This document shows positions 1-14,142 of a DNA stretch of 64,000 bases, piece after piece. Position numbers and translations under genes: made by a program. The stretch lies in NCBI RefSeq assembly GCF_009914755.1, contig NC_060929.1; one strand, given 5' to 3'. The DNA is from the human T2T-CHM13v2.0 reference genome, Homo sapiens. Each line of letters opens with the position of its first letter. The stretch's first letter is position 1. The notes under the pieces were generated by a model, which had not been told where the DNA came from, searched no databases, and worked only from the letters and a program-made list of their open reading frames with translations.

Positions 1-614
1 GGATTCCAATGGGGTGTATAACACAGTAGTCAAAAAAAATACTGTAGCCTGAAAACAGAACTGACAAAGCTTTAGTGTATGCTTAACATCTTTTTCTTAA
101 GTGTTTTTTTTTTTCAAGAAACTAAGTTTAATAGCTACAAAGTAAGAGTTAATCAAGGGTCTAAAGTTGATGAGTTCATAATGTGGTGATAATTGGTTGA
201 GAAAAAGTGAATAATTTATCCTGTAATTATTAATCATCATTTAGTTGCAAGTATCATGCTGCAATATTAGAAATATTTCTGTGAAAGAACAGAATTAGTA
301 GCTCTCAGAATTAGTAGCCAGAAAAAAAGGAGATTTAGAGAGAACTGCATGAATGCTTTTCCCATATTAATTATAAGCATTATTCTTTCAAGGAATTTAT
401 GAAAATTAAGCTATTTCAGAAGAGGTCTAATGTAGCAGAAAGAAAAATACTGAGCATATAAATCACTTAGCACCAAAACCTAAGTTTTGGTTCCAGTATT
501 TCTACCTAGGATCTGTATATCCATAAAAATTGCTTAGCATTTTCCTGGGCAAAAAGAGAAAGGAATTCTTATCCAGATTCAAATGATGTAATGATAATAA
601 AAGCTTAAATTTTT

Positions 615-812
615 TAAACAATTTGAGTGTGCCAGGAACTGTGCTAAGTGATTCGTTCGCATTAGTTCACATAATTCTCTTAACTCAATTAGTATTAATT
701 GGGTTACTATCTCATTTTACTGATGGGAATCTGCTTTCCTTAGAGCACAGCTAATAACTGGTAGAAGAAGGACTCAGAGCCAAGGCTTCTATCCTTTATC
801 ATCTACCACTCT
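615..812 (-). mobile_element. MIR SINE, degenerate
   Basis: gtgccaggaactgtgctaag ... ctcattttactgatggga resembles the reverse complement of the MIR core. Confidence 0.55.
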
Positions 813-2215
813 ACACTTTGAATATATATAATGAAAGGGAATGGGCTCCTCGAAAACTGTGGTGTCTTCATCATCTCCGAAAGGTTGTGATTTCTTGAGA
901 TCTGGAACTGTGCTTTATTCCTGTCTATATCCCTATACTAAATGCATGAAGAATGTAGGAATGAATTAATGTATTACAGATGATGAGTAAGCAGCATCAA
1001 TACCATACTATGAACACTAACATAAACTGCAAATCTTAAATATGTGTGTGCTTTGTTAAATGTTTTGAGAAAATCGTGCAAGTTCCAAAGAATTGGATTT
1101 AGGCAGTGCTTGGTAAGGTAATTAATAACATGTTACCACTTACATTTTATATGCCAATGTATTTGTAAGGGATTAATTTGTAACCATTTTTCTCTGGAAT
1201 TATAATTGAAAAATTCTTGCTTCGACTACATTAGAAAACATTTATTTATAATACCTTCCGTTCTCAAATTTCAAACATGTAAAATTTGACTTATTTCTAT
1301 CTCTGACTATCATAGCCATTTACCATGATAAGGAATCATATCACGATATTTGGTAGAAACAAGATAGTGTTTATTGTAGCTGTCCAAATTAATATTAATT
1401 GTCATAAAGAAACTACCTCAATGGAATTTTGCTTAGCTTCATTTCCTTGTTTGATTTCTTTATTTCTAGAATTGGGATTTATCTTTTTGAGCTAATGAGA
1501 CCAACATTGCTAGGATGATCTCTATTTAGAACAGCTAATATTTCTATTCCACTGTCACATCCCACATATATGAAACCTTATGCTCCAAATCACAAGGGAG
1601 ATGAGTACAATTCATTATCTCATAAAAACAAAAACAAAAGCTAACAAACAACACATGTCCTACCATAATGGATTAAATTGGCATGCTTGTTTTTAGAGAG
1701 CAAAAAAAAAATTCAATTTTATGAATTGTTGTAAGCTTTTAAAAAGTACTAATTTTTTCCTAAATTTGTATAGTCTTCTGTGAAAACTCTTTCCTCCCAC
1801 ATGATTACATTTTCATGATGATTTCCGATTAATCTTTTCTCCACTATTCTTATCATATCCTTTTTCATGGGCATTTTCTTTTCCTTCTACTCATTCCATT
1901 TGACTTGGGGTAGCAACAGTACCTCACTTTTCTTTCTTGCTTTGGCTCCTTACACATTACATGGCATAAAGTAAATATGCTTAATATACATCACTGGAAA
2001 ATGTTAAAGGCTATTTTCTCTGTTCAACTCCTCACTATGTCATCTGGCATTGCTTAAAAAGACAGAGAGGGTAATTGAGAGGGAAATAGAGAATGTATGT
2101 TCCTCTCTTTGGCCCTTATGCATTTATTTTTTAAGTTTTTTTTTTTAGCATCAACCTGAGCATTGTCAGACATAGAACTACCAGTTAAGTCAAATAGAGC
2201 CCCTTCAAGAGATAC

Positions 2216-2533
<318 letters not shown>

Positions 2534-3224
2534 ACAAGAGATATTTTAAAGTGATAAACATGTTTATTTGTTTCACTAGAGTAACTATTTTACAACCTAT
2601 ATGTATCCCATAAAGCCTTGTCGTATACACAATAAAAATCTCTTTTTCACAAAAGAGAGAATTTTGAAGAGGACATTTTTCTTCCCTCAATAACTAGCAA
2701 GCATAATTTATCAACTGGATGGGGAAATGAGTTAAGATAAACCATAGAGATCCTTGTATTTTATAGAACCAGCAACACATAAACCTACCCCTTCTTCAAC
2801 ATTTAGTCCAGTGGGCATGTTCACAAGCCACATAGACACAAAAGGTTAGCACATGCGTTTTCTCAAACTTCTTACACTTTACCTCACAGATGGACCATGA
2901 ATGAAAGATTTGTGCTACCTCTTTCTTGACAAAGTGGATCATGGGCACTCTCATCCTAAAACTCTCTCCTTCACAGTTGGCACACCTGGAGTATTGGCCT
3001 TCACTGAACAAATCATGAGATTCTATTGCAGTCCACTAGATTCATAATCTGGCTACTCCCAGAGAAAGAATCTAACATTTAGTCAGCTCCCACTCAAGAA
3101 TAACATAATTACAATTTCATATTTTTGTGTAACCCCATTTGGCTAGATTGAGAATTCTAAACTCTGGTTTCCCCTATGACTCAGTCTTCAAAGACTTGAA
3201 GCCATTTAGAAAACACAAAGATTT

Positions 3225-3529
<305 letters not shown>

Positions 3530-4614
3530 TGATGGAGAACAATTGGGGTATTTTACCAATCCCTTAGAGCTTATCGTACTCCTAGGTGGCTGCTCAGGGA
3601 AAGAACTCAAAGGAAGCTGAAAAGACTGTTTACTCAGTCAGTTAAAATGACCATCCTACAACCCAGGCATATCTGGAGCTCCAGAGAAGAGAGAGGGCCC
3701 ATCTACTCCAAGGGTCTCTGGCTCTGGGCATGGCCAGCACCCTAGGCATTAGAACTATAATCTGATGAGAGAGCTGCAAATGAATGATTCCCATTTTGGC
3801 AACTTTGTAAAGGATCATAAAATATTGTTGCAAGGGAAACATCCTGGCTGGTTAGCTGATTTCTTTCCAGCCTTTCCTTGTATGATATTATTCATCAGAC
3901 TAAAAAGAATATAAAACAGTGAAGTGAGATAGTCAGAGTAAACCAAGAAGTGACCCAGCAGAAGACCCAGCAGTACAGAATGCTGGAAGTCAGTTCTACC
4001 AGAATAGTTTCTATCAGCAAAAGACAGTCAAGTAGACTTCATTTACAATCCCTGATTATAACTGTAAATAATAATGGAACCAAGAGAAGCAATGGCACAT
4101 CAGACATTGGTATAAGGCAGCAATGGTGCCTGAATGACAGGGGCTTCCTTGTTTCAATCTATCCATTGACACATCAAGAAACACAGTATGCCTTACATGT
4201 GTAGACCTGAGGGGAAATACTTTCTAAATTGCTACACTCAAGAAAAGCAATGATAGTATACTCTATAAAATAACATTTCATAAATAAGCAAACAAAAATA
4301 AAGATAATAAAGTTTTAGGGTGGGGAGAGAGCATTTCCATCAAGAGTCTTCAGAGAAGGACTCATAAATGAAGTAGAATTTAAGCTGATCTTCACAGGTG
4401 GACAGACACAAAGAATGAGGAAATGCATTAAGTATGTTTCAAGTATGTTAATGGCATACAGAAAACTAGAGAAGCAGGAACATATAAGGCATATTTACAG
4501 TATGTGTGGAGGGAGTGAGGATATATATAATGAGACATATACAATGATATGTATCTATCAATGATCAATATATATAAATGACTTCTCTTTCTGTTCCTAT
4601 TCTGTATTCCTTTT

Positions 4615-4818
4615 CTTGGCTGTGGCACCAATTGTTAGCTTTGTGACCTTGGGTAAGTTACTTAACTTCTTCTAGTCTCAGTTCTCTTAAGTGCAAGATG
4701 AAAATAAAAAATGTTCCTAACTCACTGAGTTGTTATACAATTGAAAATAAATGCTAATAGGCTGAAAATAGTGAGTGGGCCATCTTAAGCACTCAAAAAA
4801 TGTTTGCTCATTATTATT
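4615..4818 (+). mobile_element. MIR SINE
   Basis: tgtgaccttgggtaagttacttaac...ctcagtt core and taagcactcaaaaaatgtt...attatt 3' end. Confidence 0.75.
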
Positions 4819-4869
4819 CATATTAGCTCCTCTAGGTTGTTTTCCCTTCATCCTCTTATAGTCCTTTCA

Positions 4870-4975
4870 ATAGACTTTGAGCTCTTTGAGGACAGAGACT
4901 GTGTCTTATTTATATTTGACCCTCCGCATCTAGCATACTTCTGGGTGTGTGCCCATAAATGTCTCTTGAATTAAC
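4870..4975 (+). mobile_element. L2 3' end fragment
   Basis: tagactttgagctctttgaggacagagactgtgtcttatt...tagcatac...ataaatgtc is a typical L2 terminus. Confidence 0.6.
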
Positions 4976-6809
4976 TGGTCCTGGGCTCTATGCATCTATA
5001 TCCATATCCACATTTGTGCATCACAGAGTCTCCAAGTTCACATGCTTTTATTCCAAGGCCTTCTATTTCTGGGCTGCACTATGCTCTCTTTCTTTTCCTG
5101 GTGTCACAGGGATTGCTTCTCTGTTAATGCACTCAGTCTAATTTCTGTTATAGTCCATGCTGTTAGTTTCACCTATGGAATTTCAGAGCAGATAGAAATG
5201 GTGATCTGTAACCAGTAGTCTATGGTTCTGGCTTCTGACCTCCCAGTTCCATATAATAAGTTAAGTCTACTCAAATGTGAACCTTAATTTTTTTTTAAAG
5301 AGTACCTAGTTAACATGCCTTGTAAGTTCTACTCCCAGTAACTTATATGTCCATTAAAACCATTAGTTGCCTAAAAGATATACAGTACCATTATGCCTGC
5401 TTAAATCCTGGCAAAGATCAACCAACATCCACATACTCTAGAGGGTTATGGCTAAATTAAAAGATTGTTCCCTTCCCCAGCTACTTAGATTACCAAAAAA
5501 GATAGCCATGTAAGATTACTTTGCCTTTTCTGACTTTAAAAAGTTGCCTGCTTGCTACCTTTTTTTATCTGAAGCCTGTAGGCAGATTCTAATTTGGCCC
5601 TGCAAAAAAATCTGTTTGGCCCTGGGCTGAGGGAAGATGTTAATTTTCATGACTGTTTTAGAACACATCAAAATTCAGTATGCATTTTTTTCAGGATTTC
5701 AAAGCAATATGCTTAAAACATGCAATTTAGAGCTAGAACATATAGAGCATTTAAAAATATTCAGGTTTTACCAAGAATCCATCCGGTCTATTATTACAAT
5801 AAGTAGGATACAAAGATATCTTTATCTGGTTGTGAATGAAACTCTATCTACATAGAAAAAAGTTCAAAGTAAAAACTGTAGCTTTTTGAATTCTACAGAG
5901 GTTCTCTAGGATGGACACTGGAAATTTGGTGTAGTTGAAATGAAAGGGATCATAAAATTGAATATGAATATGCATTAAGCCCTCCTTTAAAAATAATTTT
6001 AAAAGAAAATGGTGTCTAGCCTTTAACATCTGTCTTTAATATATCTTAAGTAACACTTTTAGCTTGGTCAATAAATGTAACTAAAAATGAGTGAGCATAT
6101 GACTCATCCCACCATGAATATGTGTTAAGACAGACACTGAGCACCTCCACGGGCTTCAGCCGCAGTATTTGTGTTCCCTTATGTCATGCAATGATGACTC
6201 CTTCCTTCCTGAGACCAGCAGGTAAGAAGAACTTTAAAAAAATGGCCCAGATGGACTGAATTTGTAATTCTTCATCTCACAGATGCCAAAATGCACTTCT
6301 AATTACTATTAATGAATTTGTTCCTTTGAGGTTCATACTGTCCTGTTCTTCGGGAATGATAGAAGTTGGAACCTCAATGGAAATGTGGCTACAGATGTAG
6401 TTTTGAGATGAACCAAATTAAGGTTGTTGAAATTTATTCAGTCACTTTCTGCTTCTCCCACCCAAAGTCTACATGTTTCTAGTAGCAAAATGGGATCAAA
6501 TGAAATATTAAATAGCCTCCTATCCACGTAGAGACTTTGAGGAGTCTAATTTAAAACAAAAGTGGGAGAGAAATGTGCAATGATAATTTTCAGGCCACTT
6601 TCTTGGGTGAAAACCAGCTGCTTTTGGTTTTGGCCTCACTCAAAGATAAGAGACATGAAATCCATCTTCATGTGGCTTCTGAAATTAAGTGACAACTCAC
6701 AGCTTTTCAGAGGCAACTGGATTTCTAGCTTGCATTTTTTGCACAGGAGTCAGCCATTGCTGAGGCATGCACATTGTTACTTCCTAGAAACAGATGCTGT
6801 ATGATTGCA

Positions 6810-7055
6810 GCAGTTAACATTTCCTGAGAGCCTACTGTGTGCCAAGCTCTCTGCTAAGAGCTTTGCAGATATCAACTCATTTAATCTCACAATGACCAAT
6901 AATGTAGGTATCACTGAAACCCCCATTGTAAGAAGAAGGAAGCTGAGGCTCTGAAAGGTAAGTAATCAAACGAATCACAGATAGTGGCAACAAGCAAAGC
7001 TGAGATTCGAACTCAGAGAGTCCAACCTCAGGGTCCTCACTTAACTCTCACACTG
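6810..7055 (-). mobile_element. MIR SINE
   Basis: cctactgtgtgccaagc...aactcatttaatctcacaa...gaagctgaggct...gagattcgaactcag. Confidence 0.8.
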
Positions 7056-7975
7056 TTGCCTCCCTTCCACTGCACTGATAGTATCAGAAACTAAGAGAAA
7101 TTTTAACTGGCTTAAGTAACATAACCGAATCTAAGGAAGTAAAATTTGAAAAGAGAGGTAGCAGGATGTAACAACCAAAGCAAAGGGTGGGGATAAGGAG
7201 GCTTAGAAACAGCCTGCACAGGGAGGTTAGTTGACAGACAGCTAAAATGAAGCACACCTAAACAAGGTCAGCCAAAAGAAATATTTCAAGATATTTGAAA
7301 AGCAAAAATCAAATGACACCATAAATCTGTGAACCCCGGGAAACACAGCATCAGGGAGATGCACCCAGCATGCTACCAAAGGAAATAGAATAGCACCAGG
7401 GACACCTATGCAGGAGATTATGCTAGTGGCTACAAGAGCTTCAGACTGTAGGAGGTAAAAAATCAAGGTACCCACTGGATTGACATTGATCCTAAGCACT
7501 CAAAACCTTTTTGAAGTTTTCTTTGGAACTGTTTTCAAAGTTCATGGTGGAAAGTCATCATCCCTTGAGAGTGGATTCAATACTAAGAAACAACAAAACT
7601 TGTAGCGATTGCAGTGAAAATTGTTTAAATGACTAAGCTGAATAACATAAACAAACAAACAAAAATGGAGTGGCTGTAATATAGTCACACTTATTTTCTT
7701 GAGTGCATAATTAACAGAGTATAAAGATAGGTCCCAAAATATTTTGAGCATCAGTTTTATTGTTGGGATAAGTGGCTTTCAAAAAAAAAAAAAAAACCAG
7801 GCACTGGAATTTTTATGTTCTGGTATACTTATTTAAATATCCATTTCTTACATTTTCATAATTCATGTACACATTTGATCCCAATCTGAAGTAATTTACT
7901 AAGTAAATCTTTAAATTATTTGTTTCAGTTTCTATAAAATTAAAATTGAATTGGACTTTATTTAGTGTACAAAAT

Positions 7976-8389
7976 TGTGTTAGTTTGCTAGGGCTGTCTT
8001 AACAAAATACCACAGACCGGGTGTCTTAACAACAGAAATTTGTTTTTTCACAGTTCTAGAGGCTAGAAGTTCAAGATGAAGGTGTCAGCAGAGTTGGTTT
8101 CTTCTGAGTCCTCTCTCTGTGGCTTATGATGGCTGCCTTTTCACTGTGTCCCCACATGATCTTTTTCTCTGTGTGGCCACGCCTCTGGTGTCTCTTCTGA
8201 GAGTCCTAATCTCCTGTTATGAGATTAATCAGATTGAATAAAGACCCACTTAACAGCCTTATTTTAACTTAATAACCTCTTTACAAACTCTGTCTCCAAA
8301 TACAGTCATTTTCTTGGGTACTGGGGTTTAGGGCTTCAACATATGAATTTGGGGTTAGGGAGAAGCATAAAATTCAGCCCATAATAACA
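7976..8389 (-). mobile_element. MaLR solo LTR (MLT1A-like)
   Basis: tgtgttagtttgctagggctg...aacaacagaaatt...ttagggcttcaacatatgaattt...aattcagcccataa; TG...CA ends. Confidence 0.88.
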
Positions 8390-8699
8390 GTGGTCACCAA
8401 ATAAGGAGATCCATTCTGATTTAATTTTAGGCAGGTTTAGTTTACCCAGCAAGTGATTCGTGCCACACAGGCTTAGAATATTAAAGATACATAAATAAAT
8501 AAAGATAAACTGAAATAAGACTGAAAGTCATTTTAATTAAACAAATAATCCCCTAGTATTATGCTTTCAAGACACTTGCATTATTTTCTTTCTCTTTGTT
8601 TACCACATTCTGGACAAAAGACAGACCCATTGGATAGATCCTTGAAATCGCTCAAATTCTTTTTGAATGCAATTTTTGAACATAATTTTTGTCATTGAG

Positions 8700-8920
8700 A
8701 AGCTATGGTGTTCTGGGCACTATGGATAGATCTTTTAAATACATTACTTAATTATCAAACCAGCTTTATGAGATAGGGAATATTATCCCCATTTTACTAA
8801 TAAAAAACCTAAGGGTTAAAAATTTTAAATAATCTGCTCCAAATCACATGCTAGTAAATAATAGAGCCTAGATCCAAAAACAAGTCTGCTGGTAGCCAAG
8901 ATCCCTGTTTTTACCAATAA
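8700..8920 (-). mobile_element. MIR SINE
   Basis: tatgagatagggaatattatccccattttac...aatcacatgctagtaaat. Confidence 0.7.
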
Positions 8921-9034
8921 TGTAAAGTACATGAGGCTCCAGTGTCATCATTCAAATCTGGTGAAACTCAGTTCCATCAGATGAGATATTTCTATGACTG
9001 TGTAACAATATCAAGGTTATGGATGATATTACAA

Positions 9035-9160
9035 ACATTCATTCGACATATATTTATTGATTAGCTAGGATGTGTTAAGCACTGTACTAGGCACTGAGGT
9101 TAAGATGATGAACAGGACACAACCTTTCAAGAGAAAATCTGGTTTGGAAGACAAACAATT
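9035..9160 (-). mobile_element. L2 3' fragment
   Basis: cattcattcgacatatatttattga...gcactgtactaggcactgagg...gatgaacaggaca. Confidence 0.65.
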
Positions 9161-10311
9161 CCAAGGCACAGCAATAAAACAGAGTAAGCCCTAGAGACTT
9201 TTATTCAATCAGTTGGCCTGCCTAAGGCATTATCTGATAAAAGTATAAGAAATCTTCTGGATTATAAAATACACTAACTACAACAGCAGTTCTTCCCATA
9301 GCACATGTGAATTTCATTTTAAAATAAAAAATAATTCAACAAATGGCAAGAAATCATGCTTGCATGTTCTAAATGCACAGTTATATCACATTCTATTCCA
9401 GTAAATTTCGACAAGCCTCAGCTGAATTGTTTCATTTAACTTTTACTATAACATTTTTACAAACCACACTTTCTGATCAATGATGCTTTGGCTATGGAGC
9501 TGAGTACATGGCAATACTTATCCTTCTGTACCTTGAAATCCAGCCCTCTATTTACCAAGCATAAAGGCAAATGCCAGTTAAACTACTTTTAGTTCCATCT
9601 TTCTGATGTTCAAGTGCAGGAACAATTATCTCCATCAATATTTAATGGCCTAATCCTATGCAGACAGTGCCACAAGTGTAGGCAATAGTCCCGTTAACAT
9701 GCCGTTAATTTTCAAGCATACAGGCAGAAATGGACTATACAGTTACTGAGAATGCACAGCGGTACATTTCCCTAAGGTAAAATTCTTTCCACACCCTCTG
9801 GTCTACCTTCCTTGATAATAAGGGAATTAGAAACATTTCAGAGTTGTGTTCAGTGGGTTAAGCTTGTGCACTCTTTAAAATTCATGGAGAAAATGAAGCT
9901 TTCCCAGTTTTTCCAGTTTTTAAATAACAAGGTTTGTGACTCTCTAATTCAAGCTAAATATCTCATGATCCCACCTACCCACAGTTTTGTTTGGTTTGGT
10001 TTGGTCCTTTTCTGAGTTATTGCTTTAAATAGCCATTATTACAGAACACATGTCATTGTCCAGGTACTTGAAATCTAGATTGTGGATATCAATTAGAAAT
10101 ATTCCTATAAAATATGAGATATTGTTGCCAATGTAACAAAAGTCATAAGAAATTTTAATGAAATACACATAGTTTTTACAACTACAACATTAACAGGGAG
10201 AACTTCAGTAACCTAAATCATTTCATTAAGAAGGCCAGAGTGTGGACTGTGTGTGATTAGCTCTCTTTTCCTTCTGTTCTCTTGAAAAGACTGAAGGCTG
10301 GAGACAGATGA

Positions 10312-10353
10312 GGGGCTGGGGGGTGGGTGGGGGGTGGGTAGGGGCAGGAGGGG
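10312..10353 (+). other. G-quadruplex-forming motif
   Basis: Seven runs of 3 or more G with short loops: ggggctggggggtgggtggggggtgggtaggggcaggagggg. Confidence 0.6.
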
Positions 10354-11344
10354 TACCACCATATAAAACCATCCTTTGAGAGAAAAGCAACTTAGAGCGA
10401 GTGTAGGCAGAGAAATCATGATCTTTGAATCTTGATTCAAAGAGCAAGAGTAACAGAAGAAACAAAAGATCCTTCTTAATCTGTTTATTCATAAGCTAAG
10501 TACGTTCCTGGGAGCTGTATTTGAGAATAAAGTCTGCATTATCTTCCTTATGATCTCAAGGTGACCTCAGAAATTATATAACCTCCTCTAAGTCTGATAC
10601 AATTAAGTTGTAAACCTAATTCGTTAAAATTGTCTACTGAATAGAAAATTTCTGCAAATTTCCCACTTAAATATAATTTAATATTAATAAAACTGTTTTT
10701 AAGATACTTGCATTTTTTTCTTCCTTTGCTGTACTTCATAAGTCTTGAGATTTTCAGGAGTTAAATAAATATCAAATAACTAGTCAACATTAAAGATCAA
10801 AGCTTAAATACATTTTCCTAAATATCAAATTAGCCATTGTTGTCCAGTTGCAGAAAGAGCAATACAGTTTGAACAGTTTGGAAATATGGTTGACTTGGGT
10901 GAACACGGTAATAGACACTTTTTACAGATTTAAGGGAAAGGGACTTCATGTCTTTATACAATTTTCTGGTTCTTGTAAAGAAAAGTGCAGAATGTCATTG
11001 TAAGAATATTTCTTGCTCCTTTGCCAAATACAGTTCTTAAGTACTATGTTTATATAACCATCTGTCATGTTTACACAGCAGAACTCAAAGACAGAAATCT
11101 CTCATTTGTCAGAAGCATGGTCATGCCCATAAGCCTATCTATTATATAAATTATTTTGGAGTAGATTAGAATCTTTCACTATGTTCATTAAATTAAAAGT
11201 AGGGTTAGGCCTAATGCAAAATGGAAAAGCAGATGACTGTTTTTAAAACCCTGCCTCCTTCCTGCTGCTCTCCATTGGGACTGCTTATTGCCTGGTATTT
11301 TTCACCGTACACTTCATCTGGATGAGGTTCCTGCCCATGGCCTT

Positions 11345-11900
11345 TCCTTCATTCATTCGGCAAATATTTATGAACACTCACTCTGTGTAGCTAGGTATTG
11401 TTCAAGCCAGGTATGTGGGTGTGTCAATGAACCAAACAGAGATCCCTGGCCTCCAGAAGCTTACATTCTAAGATGAGAAACAGTAAATAACTATAATAAA
11501 CAAGTAAATTGTATGAGATGTTAGAAGATAGTATGGCTATGAGGGAAAAAAATAAAGCATGGTAAAGAAGATGAGTTATGGGCAAGGGATGGGGAGTGGA
11601 GAAAGAGGATTGTGCTTTCAAACAGGATGGTCAAGATAGGCCTCACTGAGAAGGTGGCTTCTGAGTAAAGAAGTTAGCCATGCAGACGCCTGGAGGAGAG
11701 TTCCTATGAGGAAATGACCTATGCCCCAAGACCATAAGGACAGGGGATGCTTGGTGCGTTCCAGGAACCACAAGGAAGTCAGCATGGCTGAAAGGAAGTG
11801 AAGAAGAAGGAGAGGACTAGGAGAAGAGGGAAGAGGAGAAACAGCCTAAGGGAGGAGTGGGGATCCTGGGATCTTCCACTGGGAAGACTGGCTTTTAATT
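11345..11900 (-). mobile_element. L2 (L2a-like) 3' portion
   Basis: ttcattcattcggcaaatatttatgaacac...agaagcttacattcta...ggcctcactgagaaggtggc...gttccaggaaccacaagga. Confidence 0.8.
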
Positions 11901-11989
11901 TGTCTTAAATCTTATTCCACAAATTTCCATGCTTTAAATCTCAGAGCTGACTAATCTGAATGATATATTTATGTATTCATTCATTTAAT

Positions 11990-12570
11990 CCTGTATTCAT
12001 TCATTCCACAAATATTTAGAAGGGCATAAGCATCATGATAGGCAGTAAGGAACAGATGTAATTCCTGTCCTCAAGGAGTTTACAATCTAGTGAGGAAGGC
12101 AGCCAGCAATCTGATAATTAAAGGAGGAGGGCTCTGAAGACATGGAAACGGAGGTGCATGGTGCTAGGGGAGTCTGGATTAGGAGAACTTGACTTAGTCA
12201 TAAATTAGTTCAGGGAACACTGCCCTGAAAAGGCAGCAATTAAGTGAGAAATGAAAGATATATAGACACTAAGTAGGTAAACTAGAGAAAAGTACTTCAG
12301 GTGAAGGGCACAGCAAATATAAGTTTCCTGCAGCGGGTGGAAGCAGGGTGATTGCAGGAGATTGAAAGAAGGCAGAGTGGCTGGAGCTCACAGAGCCGGA
12401 GGAGAGCAGTAGGGATGAGGCTGGAGAAGTGAGCAGGGAGGTGGAATTGAATGTGCTGGGGCTCAGAGCCTGCATTAAGCAGTTTGTCTTTTTTCTAAGC
12501 CCACTGGGAAGCTGCTGAAAGATTTTAAGTCAGGTAGTGACCCGATCAGATTTAAGTTTTAAAGATCACT
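11990..12570 (-). mobile_element. L2 3' portion
   Basis: ttcattcattccacaaatattta...cctgtcctcaaggagtttacaatctagtg...gattttaagtcagg...atcagatttaagttttaaagatcact. Confidence 0.8.
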
Positions 12571-13284
12571 AATCCATATTGAATATGTATTAATGAGTTT
12601 ATGTATCTATCCTCTAGATAATTTGTTTGCATTTTAAAGAAGGCATTCTAGAGATAATCCTGAACTCAAGAAGGTCCTGGTGGGAATTTTAAATATTGTA
12701 GCAAGCTGATGAGAGAAAACAAGTTGGGTAGGGAGATTATTGAGCAACCCATCAATTAAGTCGGGGAAAGAAGTCAGATTCTATGTGTTAAGCCTACAAA
12801 ATATGGCTTCTGTTAATCTATTAAGATGTCACTGAAGAACAAAATATTGTTTTGGTGTGAATACTAAATCCTTTTCATTTCTTTGATAAGCACTTTGAGG
12901 CCTGGTCATGTTAAATGACTTTCCCAAGGTCACAGAGAAATTTTATAGCAGTTTTTCCAGTTTAAATTGCTTTTTTAAAAAAGCATAATGGGCAAATTAA
13001 TTTAAGACTCAAACTGAAAGGTGTGGACATCTTAATAACTCCCAATTCTTTTGTTTTCACTTCTAAAACATTATGGAACACTTATGTCCATATAGCCTTA
13101 AAAATCCTGCTGTTCTCTGGGCACAGTTTATAAATCCCAGTCAATAGTCTTGTCTGCAATATCTTTCTCACAGTTGTGTATTGAGTTTTCTCAAATTAGT
13201 CCTCAGAGGGGAAGCTGTTTGGTATGTACCTTTCCTCTTTCCAGCCTTGAATGCAATCCCCTCCCACCATTACCACTGCCATAC

Positions 13285-13755
13285 ACATTTAGTTCAGTCA
13301 ACAAGTATTTATTGAAAATCAACTATATACCAGTCTGATAAGGTCAGATGATACAAAAGTTTTCTCCAAAAATTCAGTAAGATGGAGGCAACTGGCAAAT
13401 AAATGAATGATTGAAAACAATGTCACAGCTTCTCTTTAGAGCTGGACACAGCATCCTGTGGACCTAAGTCTACTTTGGAACAAGAAGTATTCATAGAAAT
13501 GACCTAAATGACCAGTTCTGATAGACTTTGAAGAGTTTACCCACCAGACAGGGAGGAGAAATGTTTCAGGCTGGTAGAACTACACACGCCACTTCACGTA
13601 GTGTAGACAACTATGGCATGGGGTATCTATAGGCAAGTAAGATGACTGGACTACAAAAGTAACTAGGACACAAATACTAGAGGAAACTTTATGCCATCCT
13701 AAGAATTTAGAGTTTTCTCCTTAAGGCAATAAGGAAAACCTAAAGGTTTTTTTAA
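13285..13755 (-). mobile_element. L2, degenerate
   Basis: ttcagtcaacaagtatttattgaaaatcaactatatacca...taagaatttagagttttctccttaaggcaat. Confidence 0.55.
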
Positions 13756-14142
13756 CTGGTGTAAAGTAAGATAAAATGTAATCAATAAGATTTGTCTCCT
13801 TGATACAATTTACAAATATTGTATTCCTGGCTTAGTTATCATATGCTTTATATATTTTGGGGAATATGGTCATTATGTTCATTGAGTTTGACAACTAGAT
13901 TGCCATTCATCTTGAATTGTCATTGTCCTGAAATATGAAACGGCCATCATTTTATTTCATACTGGCCCACACTAGATCACAAAATTATTCTTTATATAAG
14001 TAACTTGACATTAGGCCTCAAGGCAACATGATTTCTTCAGAATATCAAAAGGTACACATATAAACTGAAAGAACTGTGCCCAATTTCCTCTTGGGAAAGA
14101 ATTTGCTACTATAAAAAGATGTCAATAAGACAAAAAGTGCAT

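Noticed and set aside
290-318. Short tandem duplications (cagaattagtagc x2; also near 3952, 11972, 49262)
   Set aside because: Ordinary slippage duplications.
2960-3010. cacacctggagtattg resembling CR1/L3
   Set aside because: Match too short and flanks do not extend it.
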